The notes under the pieces: generated by a model | Told to the model about the DNA's origin: nothing | Database searches by the model: none | What the model saw: only the letters and a program-made list of their open reading frames with translations | Assembly (NCBI GenBank): GCA_965197585.1 | Contig: OZ240215.1 | Span: 32,001 to 96,000, forward strand | Reading direction: 5' to 3' | Length of the DNA stretch: 64,000 nt | Origin: Dehalococcoidia bacterium | Lineage (GTDB): Bacteria > Chloroflexota > Dehalococcoidia > Plut-88900 | Translations under genes and position numbers: made by a program | Shown here: positions 10,358 to 19,965 of the stretch, one piece after another | Layout: the number at the start of each line of letters is the position of its first letter | Position numbering within the stretch: position 1 is the stretch's first letter

Positions 10358-13300
10358 TTACTCCCTCAGGCGTACGCCTTCAGGATCGTAGACGGGTGCA
10401 TGGCGGACTCGGGCGTAGGCGACCCCGCCTGGCACCCGAATCTCGATTCGCTGACCCTCAGCGGCGAGCCGGTCGGGGACCCAGGCCAGCCCGAATCCCT
10501 TGCCGATGGACGGGCTGAACCGCGAGCTTGTTACCTTGCCCACCGGCCACCCGTGCTCCAGGACTGGGCTCCCGTCTTCGGCCACCGCTCCGTTTTCCAT
10601 TACGAACCCGACCATCCGGTTGCGGTAACCGCGTTCGGAGACCTGCTTGAGGGCCTCTCGGCCTATGAAATCGTCCTTTTCGAACTTGACGGCCCACGCC
10701 ATGTCGGCTTCAAGTGGGTTGGACATGACGTCGGTGTCCTGACCGGGTATCAGGTGCTTCTTCTCCAGCCGGAGGACACGCTGGGCCTCCACCCCGAAGG
10801 GCAAGATGCCAAACTCCTCCCCGGCTTCCAGCAGGGCCTCCCAGACGTGCTCACCGGCCTCGGCGGGGAAGTGAAGCTCCCAACCCGCCTCCCCGACGAA
10901 CCCGACGCGAAGGAGAAGGGTCGGTACTCCGGCAACCTGGCCCTTGGCGCTGCGCATGTATCTAAACTTGTCCTTGGACAGATCAACATCGGTGAGCTTC
11001 TGAAGGGTGTCTCGGGCCCGGGGCCCGGCGACGTTCACTGCGGCGAACCCGGGGGTCACGTTGGCGATGTGGGCACACATATCCGTGCCGACCAACCACC
11101 ACCTGAACCACTCCTCGATAAGGTCTATGTTGCCGGTCCCGGTGGTGACATAATAACGGTCGTCGGCGAGCCGCGTGACAGTGCCGTCGTCCATGATGAT
11201 TCCGCTGTCCGAGCAGATAATCCCATACCGGATCCACCCGACTCTCAGGTTGGAGAAATAGTGAGTGTAGATATGGTCAAGTAGCGCCGGTGCGTCCTTC
11301 CCGACTACGTCCAGCTTGCCAAGGGTGCTCACGTCGATGATGCCGACGCGGTTTCGGACTGCCTCGATCTCCTCCATGGGATCCCGGTAGGAGTGGGGTC
11401 TCTTCCATTGCCCGACCTCGGCGATCTTTCCACCGGCCCTTACGTGAGCGTAGTGGATGGGGGTCATCCTGAAGGGCATGTGCCCCGGCCCGGCTATTGC
11501 GCCGAGGGGTGTGGGTCGGAAGGGAGGCCGGGAGGTCGTCCCACCCACAGCGTCAAGGCTCCGCCCCGTGGCTTGCGAGATGACCTTCGTGTAGCTCTTG
11601 TGGCACATCTTCCCCTGGCAGGGCCCCATTGAGACAGTGCTATAACGCTTGAGCGACTGGACATCGGCGAAGCCCTCGTCTATGGCTTGCCGGACGTCCT
11701 TCTCGGTTACGTCTTCACATATACATACAAATTTCTTGGCACGGGCGGCCTTCTTGCCGGAGATTCCTCCCGTGATGCGGGGTGGGGTGGAGGATAGCTC
11801 GTCCCGGTAGGCCTTTTCACGGCGGTCAAGCTCGGCCTTCAGACTCGAAAGAGCCTCCGAGTCTGCGTTGCCTGCGCCCGATGCCTCCGCAGCCTCGAGG
11901 CCCGCAACCCGACCCTGCACCATATTGATTTCGGAGTCATGGATGCCTGTTACGTCACCGGCGGCATATATGGAGTCAGGCAGACTCACAGGAACGGACG
12001 CGACTAGGGTTTCGTCGTAGGTCAGCTTTGCGTCGGCGTGGGAAAGGAGGGCGGTGACGGGGTCGGGGTTGGGGGCCAGGCAGAGGAAACCGCACTCAAG
12101 ACGATGTTCGCCGCTCCCAGCGTTGCTTTCGAGAAGCACTGCTTCTATCTTCCTTACGCCCTCCGCCTTTACCACTCTCCATCCATTGAGCAGACCGACT
12201 CCTCGCCCCCGGAGGTCCCTAGCTAAGGGGGTATCGCGGTGGGGCCGGTAATCTACTACGGCGCTTACGTTTACGCCCGCGTCCGTCAATTGAACGGCAG
12301 CTTTTAGGCCTTCGTCGCTGTCCGTTACTATCACGCCCCGGCCCCCGGGGCTCACGCCGTACAGATTGGCCAGCCGCAGTGCGCCACTGCTGAGCATGAT
12401 TCCGGGAAGGTCGTTGTTGGGGAATACGGCAGGCGATTCCTGGGCTCCGGCGGCTACCACAACTTGACCCGCTCTCAGCTTAACTATGCGCTCGCTCTGG
12501 TGGACGGTAACCATGTTGCCTTGGTAGACGGCCATTGCGGAGGCGTCAGATAGGACTTGGATTCGGCTATTTGCGTGGACGGATTCGGCGAGGCGTCTGG
12601 CGAGTTCATAACCGAGAACAGGAGAATTACCCTGCCTTTCTCCCGTCTGGGGAGAGGGGAGGATGTTGTAACGCAGATGTCCCCCGAGGGAGGGTTGGTC
12701 ATCTACGAGTGTGACCCGCACTCCGGCCTCCGCGGTCGCAAGTGCTGCGCTCAAACCGGCGGGCCCGCCACCGATTACCGCTACGTCGGTATAGGCGTTG
12801 ACGTGCTCATACTCGGTGTCCGGGATTCGACTCGTATCCACGGTGCCGAGCCCGGCGACCCGCCTGATTACCGGCTCGGCGAGATGCCAAGCGACCTTGG
12901 GCCGGATCAGGGTCTTGTAGTAGAAACCGACCGGCATCAGCCGGTCGAAGTACTGCAAGGCGGAAAGGGCGTCGTTCTCGACGGAAGGCCAGGCGTTCTG
13001 CCCCGCTACATCCATGCCGTCGGCCGCGGCGCAAGCGCAGGCACGGACGTTAGGAGCGCCGTCCACGTTCATCATGCAGTTCGGGCATCGGCCCGACACG
13101 CAAAGGAGCCCCCTCGGCCGGTGGTATTTGAAACTGCGGCCGAAGATATCTATGCCGGACGCGTAGAGCGCCGAGGCAACAGTGTCACCGGGATAGGCGA
13201 GTATGCGCTTGCCTTCGTGGTTGAAATAGACGTTGCGTGACCGGTCTATGATCTGGGATGGGTGGGCTGGGAGCCTGCGTTGCCTCAACTCAACCCTCAT
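10358..13300 (-). CDS. soxA: Sarcosine oxidase alpha / NMG dehydrogenase large subunit
   Basis: GDTVASAL...RSFKYHRPRG, GGGPAGL, CICEDV...MGPCQGKMC, C-terminal GcvT domain (DVSTLGK, GFVGEAGWELH). Confidence 0.92.
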   Translation of the reverse strand: MRVELRQRRLPAHPSQIIDRSRNVYFNHEGKRILAYPGDTVASALYASGIDIFGRSFKYHRPRGLLCVSGRCPNCMMNVDGAPNVRACACAAADGMDVAGQNAWPSVENDALSALQYFDRLMPVGFYYKTLIRPKVAWHLAEPVIRRVAGLGTVDTSRIPDTEYEHVNAYTDVAVIGGGPAGLSAALATAEAGVRVTLVDDQPSLGGHLRYNILPSPQTGERQGNSPVLGYELARRLAESVHANSRIQVLSDASAMAVYQGNMVTVHQSERIVKLRAGQVVVAAGAQESPAVFPNNDLPGIMLSSGALRLANLYGVSPGGRGVIVTDSDEGLKAAVQLTDAGVNVSAVVDYRPHRDTPLARDLRGRGVGLLNGWRVVKAEGVRKIEAVLLESNAGSGEHRLECGFLCLAPNPDPVTALLSHADAKLTYDETLVASVPVSLPDSIYAAGDVTGIHDSEINMVQGRVAGLEAAEASGAGNADSEALSSLKAELDRREKAYRDELSSTPPRITGGISGKKAARAKKFVCICEDVTEKDVRQAIDEGFADVQSLKRYSTVSMGPCQGKMCHKSYTKVISQATGRSLDAVGGTTSRPPFRPTPLGAIAGPGHMPFRMTPIHYAHVRAGGKIAEVGQWKRPHSYRDPMEEIEAVRNRVGIIDVSTLGKLDVVGKDAPALLDHIYTHYFSNLRVGWIRYGIICSDSGIIMDDGTVTRLADDRYYVTTGTGNIDLIEEWFRWWLVGTDMCAHIANVTPGFAAVNVAGPRARDTLQKLTDVDLSKDKFRYMRSAKGQVAGVPTLLLRVGFVGEAGWELHFPAEAGEHVWEALLEAGEEFGILPFGVEAQRVLRLEKKHLIPGQDTDVMSNPLEADMAWAVKFEKDDFIGREALKQVSERGYRNRMVGFVMENGAVAEDGSPVLEHGWPVGKVTSSRFSPSIGKGFGLAWVPDRLAAEGQRIEIRVPGGVAYARVRHAPVYDPEGVRLRE

Positions 13301-13574
13301 TCCCGGCAGGTAAACTCGGGCCCTGCCCCGGCCAGTAGGTGGCCGATACCCGGTTGTTCAGTGTATTGCGCTGGGCATGAAACCAGCGTCGGCAGCCGTA
13401 CTTGTGATACCACCACTCCTGCTGAAGACCGGCAACATTCTTGCTCAGGTAAAAATAGGCTGACCATGTCTCCTCTGGGTCGCCGGGGGAGGGGCGGGCT
13501 GAGACCTCGCCGCCGAAACGGAAGTCGTTGACAGACCTGGGGCCGCAGTTCGGGCAGCTTAAAAGGAAGGACAT
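13290..13574 (-). CDS. soxD: Sarcosine oxidase delta subunit
   Basis: CPNCGPR...FRFGGE...EWWYHKYGCRRWF Zn-binding signature. Confidence 0.92.
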   Translation of the reverse strand: MSFLLSCPNCGPRSVNDFRFGGEVSARPSPGDPEETWSAYFYLSKNVAGLQQEWWYHKYGCRRWFHAQRNTLNNRVSATYWPGQGPSLPAGNEG

Positions 13575-13669
13575 GGCGCTATGACGGGAGGCGCGGGCTC
13601 ATGTGGCGGGGGTTGCAGAGCTTGAGTTTGATTGCCTTGGAACGCAAGAGTACAGATTGACCGGGGCCT

Positions 13670-15040
13670 CTAGAACATGGTGAGGTACCGGTCCACCTCC
13701 CATTGACTCACCTGCCGGTGATAGTCGACCCACTCTGCCTCTTTCACCTTCATAAACTCGTCGTAGATAGGCCCAAGGGCCTCCCGCACGACCTGATCGT
13801 TTTTCAGCTCGTTTAGGGCCTCGGGGAGGCTCTGTGGGAGGACCCGGATGCCGCGCCTGTTGATCTCCTCCATACCGAGGGCGTAGGTGTTTTCGAAGTT
13901 CGCCGCGCCGGGATCCATCTCGTTCTTGACGCCGTCCATTCCGGCCAGGACGTATGCTGAGAAGGCGAGATAGGGGTTGCACCCCGAGGACATCGTCCGG
14001 TCCTCCAGGTGTCCGGGCCCCGCGGTACGGATCATCTGCGTTCGGTTGTTGTCGCCGTAAGAGATAAAGGCGGGCGTCCATGTAAAGCCCGACCGCGAAC
14101 CGGTGAGAGCAGAACCCATCTGGAGCCGCTTGTAGCAGTTCACCGTCGGCGAGTTGATGGCGCAGAGGGCCGGCGCGTGTTTCAGAATACCGCCGATGAA
14201 GTGGTACGCCATCTTGGACAGCCCGAGACCCTGGGGGTCGGAATTGTCTATCAAGACGTTCTCCCCCGTCTTGGCGTCGGCTACGTGGAAGTGGATGTGG
14301 CCGGCGCTGCCGGTCCTGTCTCCGAAGGGCTTGGCCATGTGGGTGGCGATTGCACCATGCTTTCGGGCTACCTGGCTGGTCATCATCTTGAAGAAGGTGT
14401 AGCGGTCGGCGGTGGTGAGGGCGTCGGAATAATCGAAGTTGATCTCGTACTGGCCGCTGCCGTCCTCATGGTCGGACTGGTAGACGCCCCACCCGAGGCC
14501 GTTCAGGCCGTCGGTCATCTCCTTCAGATAGCCGAGGACGCCGGATATGCCCTTGTAGTCGTAACAGGGCTTTTCGAGGTTGTCGACGTCAGCCGGGTCG
14601 AAGATCTTAATCTTGCCTTTCCTTTTGCCTTTCTTTTTGCGTTTTACAAGAAAGTGCTCGGGTTCAATCCCGACGTTAAATACGAAACCCTGGTCCCGCA
14701 GCTCTCCCAGCACCTTCTTCATGTGCTGCCGGGGGCAGTAGGGGTGAGGCTCGCCGTCTACGAACAGATCGGAAGCGAAGCGCGCGGTATCGGGGTCCCA
14801 GGGGAGGGGAGTGTAGGAGTCGATGTCGATACGGGCGGCCATGTCGTGGGCGTTGGGGCCCTGGCCCATGCCGTGGAGCGAACCCCCGGCGAAGCCCGCG
14901 CCATCGTCGACAACGTTATCAAATGTGGAAGCGGGGACAAGCTTGACCTTGGCGGCCCCATGAATGTCGACGAACTGGGTGAGGATGTACTTGATCCCGT
15001 CCCGGGTCATCCGCTCCCGTATCTGCTCTCTGTTGGCCAT
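13670..15040 (-). CDS. gmaS: Gamma-glutamylmethylamide synthetase (GlnT-like glutamine synthetase)
   Basis: QFVDIHGAAKVKLVP, GAGFAG, KPCYD, YQSDHED, GDNNRTQMIR; adjacent to mgsABC. Confidence 0.85.
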   Translation of the reverse strand: MANREQIRERMTRDGIKYILTQFVDIHGAAKVKLVPASTFDNVVDDGAGFAGGSLHGMGQGPNAHDMAARIDIDSYTPLPWDPDTARFASDLFVDGEPHPYCPRQHMKKVLGELRDQGFVFNVGIEPEHFLVKRKKKGKRKGKIKIFDPADVDNLEKPCYDYKGISGVLGYLKEMTDGLNGLGWGVYQSDHEDGSGQYEINFDYSDALTTADRYTFFKMMTSQVARKHGAIATHMAKPFGDRTGSAGHIHFHVADAKTGENVLIDNSDPQGLGLSKMAYHFIGGILKHAPALCAINSPTVNCYKRLQMGSALTGSRSGFTWTPAFISYGDNNRTQMIRTAGPGHLEDRTMSSGCNPYLAFSAYVLAGMDGVKNEMDPGAANFENTYALGMEEINRRGIRVLPQSLPEALNELKNDQVVREALGPIYDEFMKVKEAEWVDYHRQVSQWEVDRYLTMF

Positions 15041-15088
15041 GCTCTGCTCCGGTTGAGGCTCTAGCCTGTTCGAGATGCGTTCGGGCGG

Positions 15089-16393
15089 CTAGTCAAACCC
15101 GAACACCTTGTCGGTGCCTACCAGCGGGATGCGGGCCATGGCGGAGGCTTCGATTGTCAGGGCCGCCAGGTCCTCGGGCTCGAGACTGTGAACGTCGCTC
15201 TTGCCGAGGGACCGGGTGATGAGTGCCAGCTCCATCGTCATGGCGTTGAGGAAGTTAGCGACGCGTGCGCCGCCCTCTTCGGGGTCGAGCCTCTTCTCAA
15301 GCTCCGGGTCCTGCGTGGCGATGCCCACTGGGCACTTGCCCGTCTGACAGTGGTGACACATCCCTGCAGGAACTCCGACCTCTTCTTCGAAGTTGGCTTC
15401 CGGGATGTCCCGGTTGCAGTTGAGTGCGATGAGAGCGGAGATGCCAATGGCTACTGCGTCGGCGCCGAGGGCCAGGGCCTTGGCCACGTCCACCCCGCTC
15501 CTGATTCCTCCCGAGGCTATGAGGGTCACCTTCCCGTACATCCCGATCTCCCGCAGCGCCTCGCGGGCAAGGACAATGGCTGGTACGGTGGGAATGCCTG
15601 AGTGATCGAGGAGGATTTCGGAGGAAGCGCCCGTGCCAGCTAACATGCTGTCAATGACTATGGCGTCAGCGCCGGCCTTGGCGGCCAGCTTAACGTCGTC
15701 CTTGACTCGGCAGGCCCCCAGCTTGATGCTGATGGGAACGCGCCAGTCCGTGGCTTCCCTCAGCTGTTCTATCTTGATGGGAAGGTCGTCCGGCCCGAGC
15801 CAGTCGGGGTGTCGAGTGGGACTGCGCTGGTCGATACCCGTGGGCAGGTCCCGCATCTCGGCGATGTGGTCCAGCACCTTGACGCCCATGAGCATGCCAC
15901 CGGTGCCGGGCTTCGCGCCCTGCCCGACGCAGATTTCAATGGCGTCGGCCATCATGATGTGGTGAGGATTGACGCCGTAGCGGCTGGGCAGAATCTGATA
16001 TATGAGCTTGTCGGAGGCTTCCCGCTCGGCCATGAGCATTCCGCCGTCGCCGGTGCAGGTGGCGGTGCCCACCTCCGAGGCCCCCTTCCCGAGGGATACC
16101 TTGGCATTGCGGGACAGAGCGCCGTAGCTCATCCCCGTGATGTATATGGGTGTTTCCAGCACCAGGGGGTTCTTGGCGTTTCCTTCTCCAATCACCGTGC
16201 GGGTGCTGCACTTCTCCTTGTAGCCTTCCAGTGGGATTCGGGTGAGGCCCGTGGAGAGGAAGGTCAGATCGTCGAAGTGGGTTACCTTCTGAAAGGTAGA
16301 GAAGCCGCGGATGCGGTAACGGCCAAGGTCGGCCTTGGCGTGGATGTCTTCCATGACCCAGGGGGAGTAGATCTGGCTGCTGTTCATTACCAT
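15089..16393 (-). CDS. mgsC: N-methylglutamate synthase FMN subunit (GlxD)
   Basis: GMSYGALS, GQGAKPGTGG, QRSPTRHPDWLGPDDL, CHHCQTGKCPVGIATQDP; start at MVMNSS after an AAGGA RBS. Confidence 0.88.
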   Translation of the reverse strand: MVMNSSQIYSPWVMEDIHAKADLGRYRIRGFSTFQKVTHFDDLTFLSTGLTRIPLEGYKEKCSTRTVIGEGNAKNPLVLETPIYITGMSYGALSRNAKVSLGKGASEVGTATCTGDGGMLMAEREASDKLIYQILPSRYGVNPHHIMMADAIEICVGQGAKPGTGGMLMGVKVLDHIAEMRDLPTGIDQRSPTRHPDWLGPDDLPIKIEQLREATDWRVPISIKLGACRVKDDVKLAAKAGADAIVIDSMLAGTGASSEILLDHSGIPTVPAIVLAREALREIGMYGKVTLIASGGIRSGVDVAKALALGADAVAIGISALIALNCNRDIPEANFEEEVGVPAGMCHHCQTGKCPVGIATQDPELEKRLDPEEGGARVANFLNAMTMELALITRSLGKSDVHSLEPEDLAALTIEASAMARIPLVGTDKVFGFD

Positions 16394-16403
16394 GGCAGAA
16401 TCC

Positions 16404-17087
16404 TTAGACGACCCTTTTCTCGAAGCGCTCAAGCGCGTCGAAGTGGTAGAGCTTCTTGGCGGAGACCACCTTCTTGAACTGGAAGCGTTCGCTTATACCG
16501 AAGCTCTGGAGCGTTTCCCAAATTTCCAGTAGTTCGTCCTCGGAGGCAGTCTCCTCCTTGGCGTCGCTCCCGAGCGAGCCAATGTTACCGGCGACGTATA
16601 TCTCGCCCTCGTACATAGAGTCCCCGACCGCGTCTCCGACATCGCCGCAGATGATAATGCGGCCTTTCTGCATCATATAGCCGGTTAGGAATCCGGCGTT
16701 GCCCCGGATGATTAGGTCTCCGCCCTTCATGGAGATGCCTGCCCGTGCCCCGGCGTCCCCCCCAACGAACATTTGTCCACCCCTGAGGGTCGCGGCAACT
16801 GATGCGCCCGCGCTGCGGGTCAGGGTTATGCGGCCACTCATCATGTTCTCGCCCAGGGCCCATCCGGCGTTGCCGTTGATAGTAACCTCAGGGCCGTCCA
16901 GGAGGCTGGCACACAGGTACCCAACGCTTCCCTCGACTGTTATCTTGCATTCCTTCAGCACCCCGATAACCAGGTTGTGCCGCGCCTGGGGGTCGATAAT
17001 GTGAACCTCTTCCCCTGCGTTCACCAGCTCCTTGACCCGGGTGTTGATCTCCCGGATGGTCATGTCTCTGGCGTTTATATCAACCAA
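16404..17087 (-). CDS. mgsB: N-methylglutamate synthase GXGXG subunit (GlxC)
   Basis: Gly-rich beta-helix, ENMMSG, GARAGISMKGG, GDSMYEG, KKLYHF. Confidence 0.88.
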   Translation of the reverse strand: MVDINARDMTIREINTRVKELVNAGEEVHIIDPQARHNLVIGVLKECKITVEGSVGYLCASLLDGPEVTINGNAGWALGENMMSGRITLTRSAGASVAATLRGGQMFVGGDAGARAGISMKGGDLIIRGNAGFLTGYMMQKGRIIICGDVGDAVGDSMYEGEIYVAGNIGSLGSDAKEETASEDELLEIWETLQSFGISERFQFKKVVSAKKLYHFDALERFEKRVV

Positions 17088-17989
17088 GTCATGACCTCGT
17101 TCTGCTGGGGCTCGACCCGCTCTATCTCCTCGTCGAACACGGAGCGGAGGGCGACTTCCTCGGAGGCGAGGGCTACCACGTCGTCGGTCTCCATGAGGAC
17201 CAGGGGCTTGAGGGCGAGGGAGTCCTTGGCGGATCCCATGCCCTGGTCGGTAGAGACCAGGTAGGTGAATGAACCGTCCAGATCATCCAGTGAGGCGTAG
17301 AGGGCGTCTTCGAGGGCCGCGCCGCGGGCAAGCTTCTCGGCCAGGTAGACGGCGATAAGCTCGGAGTCATTCCCGGTCTGGAAGCGATGACCTTCGTCCT
17401 CGTACTTGCGCTTCATCTTGTGATAGTTGGTCAGCTGGCCGTTGTGTACGACGGTAACGTCAGGGAAGGGGTAGGCCCAGAAGGGGTGGGAGTGGGTGAT
17501 GTCGACCCGGCTCTCGGTGGCTAGGCGCACGTGCCCGATGCCGTGCGTCCCTTTCATAGTGCCAATGCCGTGCTTGTCGTCGAGTTCCACGCCCGTGCCC
17601 ACGTCCTTCACGACCTCGGAGTTCTGGCCGATGCTGTGGATAGTCACGCCGGGCAGCTCGTATAACGAGGCCGCGAGGGAGTTGAGGTCACCTTCATAGT
17701 TGACGTTGAGGCGTAGAAATTCGTCCGTCGACTGCCGGTTTCTTACAACCCCGCCTTTGGCAACCACCGCCTCTTCGACCGCTCTGAAGCGGCCCCGGTA
17801 GTCGGCGTCGGGATCGGACCAGACCCTGACAATGAAGTCGGAATTGGAGTCTTCCCCGGCCACGGTGATGCCCGTGGAGTCGATTCCCCGGTGCTTCATG
17901 GCATCCAGCATACGGACGAGCTCTTCGCCTATGGGAGCCAGGGCGGAGGCTCCCGCATGCTTATGCATTATTCCGCTAATACCACACAT
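17075..17989 (-). CDS. mgsA: N-methylglutamate synthase class II amidotransferase subunit (GlxB)
   Basis: N-terminal MCGI, GHVRLATES, VHNGQLTN, NDSE, DGSFTY. Confidence 0.88.
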   Translation of the reverse strand: MCGISGIMHKHAGASALAPIGEELVRMLDAMKHRGIDSTGITVAGEDSNSDFIVRVWSDPDADYRGRFRAVEEAVVAKGGVVRNRQSTDEFLRLNVNYEGDLNSLAASLYELPGVTIHSIGQNSEVVKDVGTGVELDDKHGIGTMKGTHGIGHVRLATESRVDITHSHPFWAYPFPDVTVVHNGQLTNYHKMKRKYEDEGHRFQTGNDSELIAVYLAEKLARGAALEDALYASLDDLDGSFTYLVSTDQGMGSAKDSLALKPLVLMETDDVVALASEEVALRSVFDEEIERVEPQQNEVMTWLI

Positions 17990-18067
17990 CTCTTTACTCC
18001 CTAGAGATCATGTCAAAGGAATTTGGGCCTGCATAACTGTCAGCATCCCAGCCTAGACAACCGCACC

Positions 18068-18096
18068 ATTATATATGTGGGTGTATGAGTGGGCAA
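18068..18096 (-). promoter_or_regulatory. Promoter of the mgs-gma-sox operon
   Basis: Minus strand TTGCCC-17 nt-TATAAT about 80 nt upstream of mgsA. Confidence 0.55.
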
Positions 18097-18113
18097 GGAA
18101 GAACGGGCCTCCC

Positions 18114-18644
18114 TCAGGGGCGTAAGGCCCTTCTGGGAGGCCTTTCGAAGACGCGGAACTCAACGTCTATGGAGGTCGGGTAAAGGGTCAGCATGGCCAC
18201 TGACCCCGGCATCATGAAGTCCGGGTAACCGGGGCCAGGATTCACGATAAGCGTATCGCCGACGTAGTGTTCGACACGTTCGTGCGTGTGCCCGTAGAGG
18301 ATGACGTCCTGGGCGCCCAGCTCTTGCAGAATGCGGTCCTCTATCCCGTCGGGTTCCATGCCCCACCAGGGATGAATGATTCCGAACCTCCACTGCCCGA
18401 TTGCGAAGAACTGCTTGTCGGGTAGGATGCGCCGGGTCTCGTCCTTATCGGTGTTCCCGAATACTCCTACAAACTTGGGGTGGTCCTCTATCAGCTGATG
18501 GACCAGGGTGGGGCCTGTAAAGTCGCCGGTGTGGACGACCCAGTCGGCCTCTTTGAGCGCTTCCTTCACGACGGGGTGAAGCTCATCCTTTTCCCGAACG
18601 TGGGTGTCGGAGAAGTGAAGGAGTTTGATGGGTGCGTGACGCAT
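18114..18644 (-). CDS. YfcE-type metallophosphoesterase
   Basis: SDTH, HTGD, GNTD, GHTH, NPG motifs. Confidence 0.9.
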   Translation of the reverse strand: MRHAPIKLLHFSDTHVREKDELHPVVKEALKEADWVVHTGDFTGPTLVHQLIEDHPKFVGVFGNTDKDETRRILPDKQFFAIGQWRFGIIHPWWGMEPDGIEDRILQELGAQDVILYGHTHERVEHYVGDTLIVNPGPGYPDFMMPGSVAMLTLYPTSIDVEFRVFERPPRRALRP

Positions 18645-18701
18645 GAAGGTAGTATAGCCTAGCGGGTCTCGTGTGAGTACAATGAATATGGAGGTGGGTA
18701 A

Positions 18702-19076
18702 ATGGGTCTTTTTCGCACGGCATTAGAAGTAGGCAATCCGACGGATGGAATATTCGTTGAAATAGAGCCGATTGTCGATACTGGCGCTACCTACTCTATG
18801 CTGCCGACCTCCTTGTTGAAGGAAAAGCTAGGTCTGTCTCCGTTGGAGGAGATGACGTTCACTCTGGCCGACGGAAGTCGGCAGGCTTACGGCCTGGGAG
18901 AGGCCCGGTTCAAGCATGAAGGCCGGGAGCGGACTAGCCCTGTGATATTCGGGCCCGAAGACTTGTACCTTCTCGGGGCGGTGTCCCTTCAGAGTCTCGG
19001 CCTGATCGCCGACACAACGCACCACCAACTCATCCCATCTCCTGAACTCTATCTGGTAGGCATTCAGCAGGGCTAA
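18702..19076 (+). CDS. Clan AA aspartic protease (AF_0612-like)
   Basis: IVDTGATYSMLP, LADG, LLGAVSLQSLGL; GGAGG RBS. Confidence 0.82.
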   Translation: MGLFRTALEVGNPTDGIFVEIEPIVDTGATYSMLPTSLLKEKLGLSPLEEMTFTLADGSRQAYGLGEARFKHEGRERTSPVIFGPEDLYLLGAVSLQSLGLIADTTHHQLIPSPELYLVGIQQG

Positions 19077-19292
19077 GGCGTATCTGGCTTAGCCGCAGAA
19101 TTAAGAAATTAACCTCGTTCCTTTGGCTCTGCTAGTTGGACGAGGTTTTGTTTAGGATGCGAGGAAGCAAGCGCCGACGCCAGCACCCGTTCCAGGAATG
19201 CCATCTGTGCAGGCGTGAAGGGCACGAGTCTTGGTGAGGGGCACGCGTCGAGAGCCTCTTTCATGGCCAGGCTGACCCGGGCCTGGATTTCG

Positions 19293-19856
19293 TTATTCTC
19301 GGGTTGAGCGGTCAAGAGCGGCCTCCTTGGACGGGTCTCTGCATTCTTCGATTGAAACCTCGATTTGGCGGTCCCGATACATGGGGATAGCTGAAATGTA
19401 GTCTTCGTCATCACCGGCCCTCTGCATACCCGGAGGCAGGTCGCCGACCACCGCACCCGGAACCCCCATCACCACCTTTCGCGCCGCCACCTCTGCCTTT
19501 GGGGCCACTACCGAGCCCGCTGCCACCACCACCCCATCCCCGAGACGCACCCCGTCTAGGACTACGGCGTTCATCGCCACCAGGACCCCCTCTCCCAGGA
19601 CTGAGCCGTGGACTACCGCCCCGTGTCCCATGCGGCACTTGGGCCCGAGCACCGTCTTGCCGTGGATCACGCAGTTGTCCTGCACATCCGACCCGTCCTC
19701 GATTCTGATGCTGTGGTCGTCACCTCGTATCGTGGCGTTGGGCCCTATCCAGCAGTTCTCGCCAATCGTCACGTCGCCGATGATTACGGCGGTCGGGTGG
19801 ATGTAAGCGGATCGGGCAATGGTCGGACGTTTGCCGTCCAGTTCGTAGATGGGCAT
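19293..19856 (-). CDS. Gamma carbonic anhydrase-like hexapeptide protein (PaaY/CaiE/YrdA)
   Basis: AVIIGDV, IRGD, VQDNCVIH, GHGAVVHG. Confidence 0.9.
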   Translation of the reverse strand: MPIYELDGKRPTIARSAYIHPTAVIIGDVTIGENCWIGPNATIRGDDHSIRIEDGSDVQDNCVIHGKTVLGPKCRMGHGAVVHGSVLGEGVLVAMNAVVLDGVRLGDGVVVAAGSVVAPKAEVAARKVVMGVPGAVVGDLPPGMQRAGDDEDYISAIPMYRDRQIEVSIEECRDPSKEAALDRSTRE

Positions 19857-19965
19857 GGTCTGTGCATCCTGCCTTCTGGGTTTAGCGTTCGGGCATTGTA
19901 TAACAGTAAGGCGGCGGAGGGGATGTATAATAATCTAAAGAATATTTTTAGGTTAGGGTGGGACT

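Noticed and set aside
14009-15064. Long opposite-strand ORFs (also 10313..11284, 25282..26052, 33133..34194)
   Set aside because: They overlap well-supported genes and show no motifs; expected in high-GC DNA.
19109-19456. 115-aa ORF downstream of the gamma-CA gene
   Set aside because: Half overlaps the gamma-CA gene in another frame, with no motif or clear RBS.
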